Positions 24,685-32,000 of a stretch of DNA of 32,000 nucleotides are shown piece by piece. Every line of letters starts with the position of its first letter. The stretch's first letter is position 1. The position numbers were made by a program, and so were the translations under genes. A model generated the notes under the pieces. It had not been told where the DNA came from, made no database searches, and saw only the letters and a list, made by a program, of their open reading frames with translations. The DNA is from Aquifex aeolicus VF5 (GTDB lineage Bacteria; Aquificota; Aquificia; Aquificales; Aquificaceae), in NCBI RefSeq assembly GCF_000008625.1, contig NC_000918.1:660001-692000 (forward strand), given 5' to 3'.

Positions 24685-25872
24685 ATGCGAATAGTTAGCG
24701 GAATGAGACCCACCGGGAAGCTCCATCTCGGACACTACTTCGGCGTTATAAGAAACTGGGTGAAACTTCAGGAAGAGCACGAGTGTTTTTTCTTCATAGC
24801 GGACTGGCATGCCCTTACCACCGCTTATAAAAACACCAAAGAACTCAGACAAAACATAAGGGAGGTTATGATAGATTGGCTCGCTCTGGGACTTGACCCT
24901 CAAAAAAGTGTCCTCTTTATTCAATCTCTCGTAAAAGAGCACGCGGAACTCTTTTTACTTTTCGGAATGATTACTCCAAAGAGCTGGCTGGAACTGAACC
25001 CGACTTACAAAGACCTAAAGTACAACCTTCTGAGACTCACGGATTTGGAAAAGGAGTTCAAAGAAAAATTGAAGGAAAGAATTTCCGAAATCGTGAACCT
25101 CATTCCCTTTAATATAACTAAAGAAGAAAAATTCAGAGAGCACCTTCTTGAGAACTTAACACAGACCATGATAGAGGCACTCTTTGAGGGAGAGATTGAA
25201 CCGGAGATTTTAAAAAGGCTCAACGTGTCTAAGAGGGATTTTTACGAAACGGATACCTTTGGATTTCTGGGATATCCAGTTCTACAAGCGGCGGACATAC
25301 TCATTTACAAAGGCGAAGGTGTGCCCGTGGGAGAGGATCAACTTCCTCACATAGAACTCTCCCGTGAAATAGCAAGAAGGTTTAACAGACTCTACGGAAA
25401 GATATTCCCAGAGCCAAAAGCCCTCCTGACAGAAACTCCCAAAATCCCCGGAACTGACGGAAGGAAGATGTCAAAATCTTACGGAAACGCTGTTTTCTTC
25501 TCGGACGAAAAAGAAGAAGTGGAAAAGAAAGTGATGAAGATGTTCACGGACCCACAAAAGATAAGAAAAAACGACCCCGGAAGACCCGAAATATGCCCCG
25601 TATTTTCCTGGCACAAGCTATTCACGAAAGATGAGGAACTCGTGAAAAAGATAGAAGAGGACTGCAGAGCCGGAAGGCTGGGATGTGTAGAGTGCAAAAG
25701 GATACTCCTCAAACACCTTGAAGAGTTTTTAGAACCCATAAGGGAAAGGAGAAGGGAACTTGAGAAGCGTATAAACGAAATAGAAGAGGTGTTTTACGAA
25801 AACTCCCGAAAAGCCAGAGAGATAGCCCAGAAAACCATGGAAGAAGTGAGAAAAGCCATGAACCTTCCCTGA
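24685..25872 (+). CDS. trpS: Tryptophan--tRNA ligase
   Basis: 395 aa; SGMRPTGKLHLGHYFG, FGFLGYPVLQAADILIYKGEGVPVGEDQLPH, GTDGRKMSKSYGN. Confidence 0.97.
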   Translation: MRIVSGMRPTGKLHLGHYFGVIRNWVKLQEEHECFFFIADWHALTTAYKNTKELRQNIREVMIDWLALGLDPQKSVLFIQSLVKEHAELFLLFGMITPKSWLELNPTYKDLKYNLLRLTDLEKEFKEKLKERISEIVNLIPFNITKEEKFREHLLENLTQTMIEALFEGEIEPEILKRLNVSKRDFYETDTFGFLGYPVLQAADILIYKGEGVPVGEDQLPHIELSREIARRFNRLYGKIFPEPKALLTETPKIPGTDGRKMSKSYGNAVFFSDEKEEVEKKVMKMFTDPQKIRKNDPGRPEICPVFSWHKLFTKDEELVKKIEEDCRAGRLGCVECKRILLKHLEEFLEPIRERRRELEKRINEIEEVFYENSRKAREIAQKTMEEVRKAMNLP

Positions 25873-26903
25873 TGGAATTTCTCTTACTTCCCTTTTTTCT
25901 TTTTATCCCCTACATTCTTTACTTCCTCTACCCGGTAAAGTTCATAAAAAATTTTAGAGAGGTGAACGAAGTCTTAGAGCCCGAAAGCTTTTACATCTAC
26001 TCGTATGCCTTTCACGTGCACACCCAGTTTTCCTACGACAGCCTCGGCAAACCAGAAGACGTAAAAAAGGCAAGGGAAATATGCGGATTGGATTACGTGA
26101 TTGTAACGGACCACGAAGTAGACACTTTTAAACTCTTTGAAGACAAAAACACGATAACGGGAATTGAAAAAAAGATAAACGACGAAAAGGGAAAACTGCA
26201 GGGAGATTTAATAGAGGTAGGAGACATAAAAGTCATTTCACACCACTTTAAAAAGAAGTATAGGTGGAAACTTGAAAGAAATAAAGATTACTTTTTTGAA
26301 CTTATAAACTTAAAAGATTCTTTGGTTGAGAACAAAAAACACTTATTTTTTTACCTTTTTCTCGGGACTTTCGTGTATCCAGTTTTTAAAAAATCTTATT
26401 TAAAGAACTTTGTTAAGGTCATAAAAGTAGAGGACTACGTTAAAAAGTACCTCTCCGAAGGTTGGGAAAACAAGGTTTTGGGAGGACTGGATCACCACGT
26501 TAAGGTTTACATTAGGGAAGTTGGTATTAGATTTTTATTCCCCTCCTACACTTTTTCGTTCAGGCTGCTGAGAAACTTCCTTTTAAGTAAAAAACCCGCA
26601 AGGAATAAAGAGGAATTCCTGAAAGCTTTGAGAAGTGAACTCAACGTCATAAGCTTCAGCGAAAAGCCTTCGCTTTTCTGGGTTAAAAATTCAACGCTTT
26701 TTGTTTACACTCCCTACCCGAACGTGATTATCAGAATCTTTAGTAAGGATAAAGTAAGGACTTTCCTCGGTTCTAACTTAAAGTTTTCTCTGGAGCGTGG
26801 GAACTACTTGGTTGTCGGATACATCTACTCTTTCCGACTCTGGAAGTTCTTCTTCGGAGTGAAGCCCCTCTTTGTTAGCGACTTAATAAAAATTTCTTGC
26901 TAA
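25872..26903 (+). CDS. PHP-domain protein with N-terminal hydrophobic segment
   Basis: 343 aa; N-terminal TM-like LLLPFFLFIPYILYFLYPV; YAFHVHTQFSYDSLGKPEDVKKAREICGLDYVIVTDHE. Confidence 0.75.
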   Translation: MEFLLLPFFLFIPYILYFLYPVKFIKNFREVNEVLEPESFYIYSYAFHVHTQFSYDSLGKPEDVKKAREICGLDYVIVTDHEVDTFKLFEDKNTITGIEKKINDEKGKLQGDLIEVGDIKVISHHFKKKYRWKLERNKDYFFELINLKDSLVENKKHLFFYLFLGTFVYPVFKKSYLKNFVKVIKVEDYVKKYLSEGWENKVLGGLDHHVKVYIREVGIRFLFPSYTFSFRLLRNFLLSKKPARNKEEFLKALRSELNVISFSEKPSLFWVKNSTLFVYTPYPNVIIRIFSKDKVRTFLGSNLKFSLERGNYLVVGYIYSFRLWKFFFGVKPLFVSDLIKISC

Positions 26904-26940
26904 ATTTATTTAATAGAAGTTTTATCAAGGAGGTGGGAAT

Positions 26941-27537
26941 ATGAAGGTGAAGTTAACCGATAGAGACGCCCTTATAGTCGTTGATATGCAAAAGGACTTT
27001 ATGCCCGGTGGTGCACTACCCGTTCCAGAGGGAGACAAGATAATACCGAGGATAAACGAGTACGTCAAACTCTTTGAAAAGAAAGGACTTCCTGTTTTCT
27101 ACACGAGGGACTGGCACCCAGAAAATCACATATCCTTCAAAGGACACGGCGGTATATGGCCACCTCACTGTGTTCAGGGAACGGAAGGTGCTAAGTTCCA
27201 CGAAGACCTGTACATCCCCGCGGACAACAAGTTCATAATTTCAAAGGGAACTTCTCAGGAGTTTGACGCGTATTCCGGTTTTCAGGGAACGATTTTAAAT
27301 GACCTTTTGAAAGAGAGGGGAGTAAGAAGGATATTCGTGTGCGGAGTGGCAACGGATTACTGCGTTAAAAACACAACGATAGGCGGTATAAACCTCGGCT
27401 ACCAGGCCTTTGTTCTGGAAGATGCGATAAAGGGCGTGGACGTGAACCCCGGAGACGTTGAGAGAGCAATAAACGAGATGATGGAAAGGGGAGCTGCCTT
27501 TATAAAGATTGAAGATATAGTAGATTACAAAAAGTAA
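26941..27537 (+). CDS. pncA: Nicotinamidase (isochorismatase-like cysteine hydrolase)
   Basis: 198 aa; LIVVDMQKDFMPGGALPV, YTRDWHPENHISF, WPPHCVQGT, VCGVATDYCVKNT; SD AAGGAGGTG. Confidence 0.93.
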   Translation: MKVKLTDRDALIVVDMQKDFMPGGALPVPEGDKIIPRINEYVKLFEKKGLPVFYTRDWHPENHISFKGHGGIWPPHCVQGTEGAKFHEDLYIPADNKFIISKGTSQEFDAYSGFQGTILNDLLKERGVRRIFVCGVATDYCVKNTTIGGINLGYQAFVLEDAIKGVDVNPGDVERAINEMMERGAAFIKIEDIVDYKK

Positions 27538-27547
27538 TTAAAAAAAA

Positions 27548-27576
27548 TTGACATAATTTCACTAAGGTTGTATAAT
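27548..27576 (+). promoter_or_regulatory. Consensus sigma70 promoter for dnaK
   Basis: TTGACA (27548-27553), exactly 17-nt spacer, TATAAT (27571-27576); SD AGGAGGTG 27593-27600 before ATG 27606. Confidence 0.85.
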
Positions 27577-27605
27577 AAAAGGCAGGAAAGATAGGAGGTG
27601 ATAAA

Positions 27606-29504
27606 ATGGCTGAAAAGAAGGAAAAAATAATTGGGATAGACCTTGGAACTACGAACTCCGTTGTTTCTGTAATGATGGGGGATGAAGCGGTAGTAATCCA
27701 AAACCAAGAAGGTTCAAGGTTAACCCCCTCAGTAGTTTCCTGGACCAAGGAAAAGGAAATTCTGGTAGGAGAACCCGCAAAGAGAAGGGCGATACTGGAT
27801 CCTGAAAACACCGTATACGAAAGTAAAAGGTTCATAGGTAGGAAGTTTGAAGAAGTAAAGGAAGAGGCAAAGAGAGTATCTTACAAGGTAGTTCCCGATG
27901 AAAAGGGAGACGCCGCCTTTGACATACCGAACGCCGGAAAGCTCGTGAGGCCTGAGGAAGTAGGAGCACACGTTCTCAGGAAGTTAAAGGAAGCTGCAGA
28001 AGCGTTCCTCGGAGAACCCGTCAAGAAAGCGGTGATAACCGTTCCCGCATACTTCAACGAAAGACAGAGGCAGGCGACAAAGGACGCGGGTAAGATAGCG
28101 GGACTTGAAGTTGTAAGGATACTGAACGAACCCACCGCCGCGGCAATGGCTTACGGACTCCACAAGAAGGACAACGTAAGGATACTCGTTTACGACTTCG
28201 GAGGAGGAACCTTTGATGTTTCCATACTGGAAGGCGGTGAGGGCGTAATAGAGGTAAAGGTAACGGCGGGAGACACGCACCTTGGCGGTGCAAACATAGA
28301 CGAGAGGATAATGGACTGGTTAATTGAAGAGTTCAAGAAGGAAACGGGAATAGACCTGAGAAAGGACAGAACCGCACTCCAGAGACTCAAGGAAGCTTCC
28401 GAACAGGCCAAAAAAGAACTCTCCTTCAAGATGGAAACGGAAATTAACCTGCCGTTCATAACCATAGACCCCAACACTAACCAGCCCCTCCACCTCCAGA
28501 AGAAGCTCACCAGAGCAAGACTTGAAGAAATGATTAAAGACATCGTTGACAGAACCATAGACATAGTTAAACAGGCACTAGAAGACGCCAAACTAAAGCC
28601 CTCCGACATAGACGAAGTGGTTCTTGTAGGCGGTTCAACGAGGATACCTTTAGTTCAGCAAAGGATTAAGGAGTTCTTCGGAAAAGAGCCCCACAAGGGA
28701 CTGAACCCCGACGAAGTTGTAGCGATGGGTGCGGCAATTCAGGCAGGTGTTCTCGCAGGAGAAGTCAAGGAAATCGTTCTCGTTGACGTAACACCCCTGT
28801 CTCTCGGAGTTGAAACCTACGGAGGGGTAATGACTGTTCTCATTCCCAGAAACACCCCGATACCCGTCAGAAAGTGTGAAATCTTCACAACCGCCCACGA
28901 CTATCAAACGGAAGTTGAAATACACGTCCTTCAGGGTGAAAGACCTCTCGCTAAGGACAACAAGTCCCTCGCTAAATTCTACCTGACGGGAATACCTCCG
29001 GCACCTAGAGGAGTGCCCAAGATAGAAGTTTGCTTTGACATAGACGCGGACGGTATACTCCACGTTACCGCAAAGGACCTCGGAACGGGTAAAGAGCAGT
29101 CCGTAAGGGTAGAAATATCCTCCGGACTAACGCCCGAAGAAATTGAAAGGATTATCAAGGAAGCTGAAGAGCACGCCGAAGAAGACAGGAAGAAGAAAGA
29201 ACTCATTGAAGCTAAGAACCAGCTTGACCACCTCGTTTACCAGCTTGAAAAGGCACTAAAAGAAGCGGGAGACAAAGTACCCGCAGACGTAAAGAGCGAA
29301 GCGGAAAAGGTTATAGAAGAAGCTAAGAAAACCATAGAAACCGCAACGGAAATTGAACAGGTAAAACAAGTTACGGAAAAGGTTCTCCAGGTTTCCTCAA
29401 AGATGGGAACCACACTCTACGGTGAAGCCGGAAAACAAGCGGGCGGAGGAGAAAAGAAGGACGAAGGTGGAGAGGGAGAAGTAGAAGCCAAACCCGTTGA
29501 TTAA
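27606..29504 (+). CDS. dnaK: Chaperone protein DnaK (Hsp70)
   Basis: 632 aa; [58 protein letters not shown]-terminal [16 protein letters not shown]. Confidence 0.99.
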   Translation: MAEKKEKIIGIDLGTTNSVVSVMMGDEAVVIQNQEGSRLTPSVVSWTKEKEILVGEPAKRRAILDPENTVYESKRFIGRKFEEVKEEAKRVSYKVVPDEKGDAAFDIPNAGKLVRPEEVGAHVLRKLKEAAEAFLGEPVKKAVITVPAYFNERQRQATKDAGKIAGLEVVRILNEPTAAAMAYGLHKKDNVRILVYDFGGGTFDVSILEGGEGVIEVKVTAGDTHLGGANIDERIMDWLIEEFKKETGIDLRKDRTALQRLKEASEQAKKELSFKMETEINLPFITIDPNTNQPLHLQKKLTRARLEEMIKDIVDRTIDIVKQALEDAKLKPSDIDEVVLVGGSTRIPLVQQRIKEFFGKEPHKGLNPDEVVAMGAAIQAGVLAGEVKEIVLVDVTPLSLGVETYGGVMTVLIPRNTPIPVRKCEIFTTAHDYQTEVEIHVLQGERPLAKDNKSLAKFYLTGIPPAPRGVPKIEVCFDIDADGILHVTAKDLGTGKEQSVRVEISSGLTPEEIERIIKEAEEHAEEDRKKKELIEAKNQLDHLVYQLEKALKEAGDKVPADVKSEAEKVIEEAKKTIETATEIEQVKQVTEKVLQVSSKMGTTLYGEAGKQAGGGEKKDEGGEGEVEAKPVD

Positions 29505-29520
29505 TCTCCCTTCTCCTTCC

Positions 29521-31992
29521 TTAACTTTCTTTCTTTAAAAACTCAAGCATACTCTTAATCCACTCGTAGAGTTCCTTTGTAATTTCTTCGTAAGACTTCT
29601 CGTCCGGATCTACAGGCTTTCCGAACATTATTTTTATCTTTTTAGGTTTCGGGAACTTGTCGTAAACGGACCAAGCTTCGTAAGCCCCTTCTATTGCAAC
29701 GGGAACTATTGGAACACCAAGTTCTCTGGCGAGTATGGCGACTCCTTTTTTGAATTCCATTAATTCTTCTGTCCTCGTCCGCGCACCCTCGGGAAAGATC
29801 ACCACTACTTTTCCCGACATCAAGGCGTAAGCGGTTTTCTGGAGGGATTCTTTTAAACCTTTGTTTACGTTTACTGTGATGACGTGAGCGAGTTTACCGA
29901 AGGTTGAAGTTATTGGATTTCTGAAGTAGGTTTCGTCTCCTAAAAAGTAAGTTTCGTGGGCTATTTCCTTTGGAAGAACAGCGGCTATGGCGAAGGCGTC
30001 TAAATAGCTCTGGTGATTTGGTGCAATTATAAAGGGAGGCTTGGGCAGGTTTTCAAGACCTCTCACGTCTATCCTGTGGTATAGCTTGAAGTAAAGTTTT
30101 AAAAGCTTTCTTCCGAGTTCAAAGATGAGGGGGTAGTGGTAAAGCTCGTAAGGCTTTGCCTTTGTGAGTATATCTTTCCAGGAAACTTCTTTAGTATCCA
30201 CACTTTTTTTCTTACTGCGAACGAGTTCTATGAGGTCCTTTACCACTAAATTTTTTGACAATTCCTCTTCCGAAAGACTGACTCCGAAGTTTGTCTCTAT
30301 AAATCCAAGAAGTTCTACCTTAGCAAGGGAATCAAGCCCCAAGTCAATTTCGAGGTGATCTCCGGGTTTTACTTCCTTCTGAGAAATTTTTTCAAGAAAT
30401 TCCTTTATTATTCTTCCTTCCTCCGTTTCAAATACGCTGTAATCCTCCGTTTTTTCTTCTTTTATTTCTTCAGCCTTTTCGTAAATTTGCGGAAGCAAAA
30501 ATCTCCTCAGTTTCCCCAGTCTAGTTTTGGGAAGTTCCGTTTTCACGATTTTGAACCCGACTACCCTCTTCCACTCCGGGAGTTCCCTGTTTACTTTGTC
30601 TATTACTTCCCACTTTATCGTTTCTTCCAGATTAGTTATTCCTAATTCTTTAACTTTTTCAAAATCGGGGTAAATTAAAGCGAGGAGCTTGCCATCTTTT
30701 TCAAAAACCCCGACTTCCTTTATGTATGGAGCTTTTGCAAGGATTTTACTCTCTATTTCCTCCGGGAATACGTTCTTACCGCTTCCGAGGACTATTATTT
30801 CTTTCTTCCTTCCCGTTATGTATATATATCCTTCTTCGTCTATCTCTCCGAGATCTCCCGTGTAGAACCAACCGTTTATTATTACCTTTTGAGTTTCTTC
30901 GGGTTTTTTCCAGTACCCCTTCATTACGTTGTCTCCGCGAACAATGATTTCCCCTTCACTCGTGGTCATCACTTCAACGCCTTTTATCGGTACACCCACC
31001 GAGCCCAGTTTTATTCTGTTCGGAGGATTAAAAGAAACTATCGGAGAGGTTTCCGTGAGTCCGTAGCCTTCTATTACGGTAAACCCGAGTGTTGTTAAGT
31101 CCTGGGCGATATCCAGAGGTAGTTTTGCCCCTCCGCTTACCATGTACTTTATCCTTCCACCAAAGGCATCGTGAACTTTTTTAAAAACCGTTTTTCTTAT
31201 TTTCTGGTTTTTAACTTTTTTCATTAATTTAAATAAATTTTTCGCGAGAACGTTTTTGTTTATCTCCTCCATAATCCTTCTGTGGAAGAGCTGGTAAAGC
31301 CTCGGAACACCTATTAAAACGGTTATCTGGTACTTCTGAAGTTTCTCGATTATGTCTTCCGGTGTTAACTTATCCAGAAAAACTACCGTTGCACCAAGGT
31401 AAAGAGGCAATAACATAGTAGTCATAAGCGGGTACATATGGTGGAAGGGGAGAATGGCGAGGGTTTTGTCTTCCTTTCCCGCTATTCCTACCTCCGATAC
31501 ACCTCTTATATTTGACATGAGGTTTTTGAAGGTAAGCATAACACCTTTTGGATTTCCCGTAGTTCCAGAGGTGTAAGGAAGAACGGCTACATCGTCTTCA
31601 TCTCTCCTCACTATACCTTCCCACGGAGTGGGTAGTACAAGGTTGTCCACGTTTACGATTTCTACTTTCAAATCTTCAGAGGCTTCCCTGACCCTCGGAT
31701 AAGTTTCATCTGAACAGAAAATTATTGAAGGTTCTGCGTCTTCAAGAATGTACCTTATCTCTTGAGGAGTTGACATAAAGTCTATGGGAACGACTATTCC
31801 ACCCTTTTTCCACGTTCCGTAAAAGGCGTAAACCCATTCGGGTCTATTTTCCATTACTATGCCTACTCTTTCGTTAGGCGTTATGTCCATTAAGTTTGCG
31901 AAAGAGGCTATATTTTCGAGGAGTTCAGCGTAGGAGATTTCGTTTCCTTGATGAATTAAAGCAGTTTTCCCGAAATCCCTCAAAAATTCCAT
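29521..31992 (-). CDS. Fused acyl-CoA/acyl-ACP synthetase - acyl carrier domain - PlsC-type acyltransferase
   Basis: 823 aa; AMP-binding YTSGTTGNPKGVMLTF, GYGLTETSP, YTGDLGEIDEEG; phosphopantetheine site DLGLDSLAKVE; PlsC motifs NHQSYLDAFA and FPEGARTRTEELM. Confidence 0.93.
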   Translation of the reverse strand: MEFLRDFGKTALIHQGNEISYAELLENIASFANLMDITPNERVGIVMENRPEWVYAFYGTWKKGGIVVPIDFMSTPQEIRYILEDAEPSIIFCSDETYPRVREASEDLKVEIVNVDNLVLPTPWEGIVRRDEDDVAVLPYTSGTTGNPKGVMLTFKNLMSNIRGVSEVGIAGKEDKTLAILPFHHMYPLMTTMLLPLYLGATVVFLDKLTPEDIIEKLQKYQITVLIGVPRLYQLFHRRIMEEINKNVLAKNLFKLMKKVKNQKIRKTVFKKVHDAFGGRIKYMVSGGAKLPLDIAQDLTTLGFTVIEGYGLTETSPIVSFNPPNRIKLGSVGVPIKGVEVMTTSEGEIIVRGDNVMKGYWKKPEETQKVIINGWFYTGDLGEIDEEGYIYITGRKKEIIVLGSGKNVFPEEIESKILAKAPYIKEVGVFEKDGKLLALIYPDFEKVKELGITNLEETIKWEVIDKVNRELPEWKRVVGFKIVKTELPKTRLGKLRRFLLPQIYEKAEEIKEEKTEDYSVFETEEGRIIKEFLEKISQKEVKPGDHLEIDLGLDSLAKVELLGFIETNFGVSLSEEELSKNLVVKDLIELVRSKKKSVDTKEVSWKDILTKAKPYELYHYPLIFELGRKLLKLYFKLYHRIDVRGLENLPKPPFIIAPNHQSYLDAFAIAAVLPKEIAHETYFLGDETYFRNPITSTFGKLAHVITVNVNKGLKESLQKTAYALMSGKVVVIFPEGARTRTEELMEFKKGVAILARELGVPIVPVAIEGAYEAWSVYDKFPKPKKIKIMFGKPVDPDEKSYEEITKELYEWIKSMLEFLKKES

Positions 31993-32000
31993 ATAAATAC

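Noticed and set aside
27881-28609. Several antisense/overlapping ORFs inside dnaK (28190-28609, 27984-28280, 27881-28135)
   Set aside because: dnaK is unambiguous; the overlapping ORFs are Ser/Pro-rich shadow ORFs with no family resemblance.

Overview
This is a gene-dense window (intergenic gaps are mostly a few bp) from a hyperthermophile-like bacterial genome. Gene content and sequences match my recollection of Aquifex aeolicus; I could not run a search to confirm this. I see no tRNA, rRNA, CRISPR array, IS element or prophage. Main content: (1) a minus-strand Isp-type membrane-bound [NiFe] hydrogenase operon (small subunit, NarI/DsrM-like cytochrome b, HdrD-like Fe-S protein, large subunit), followed by the N-terminal part of nadE; (2) housekeeping and envelope genes: DUF167, a HAD phosphatase, lptD-like, rpe, tmk, argJ, M48-TPR protease, secD, MBL protein, bioB, NurA-like nuclease, DUF523, molybdopterin oxidoreductase, gyrA, nucleoside-hydrolase-like, FadL-like OMP, mini HlyD-like adaptor, macro domain, SCO1, ODP-like MBL protein, trpS, PHP protein, pncA, dnaK, and an acyl-ACP-synthetase/ACP/PlsC fusion. 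I found no convincing previously undescribed multi-gene system. The observations most worth follow-up are: a reading-frame break near the 3' end of gyrA whose alternate frame completes a CTD blade and ends in an ATGA overlap with the next gene; a HAD phosphatase needing two compensating frameshifts; a repeated arrangement of a -10-like hexamer 7-8 nt before an ATG (candidate leaderless transcripts); three convergent pairs whose stop codons interlock in a 4-bp overlap; and several unusual protein architectures.
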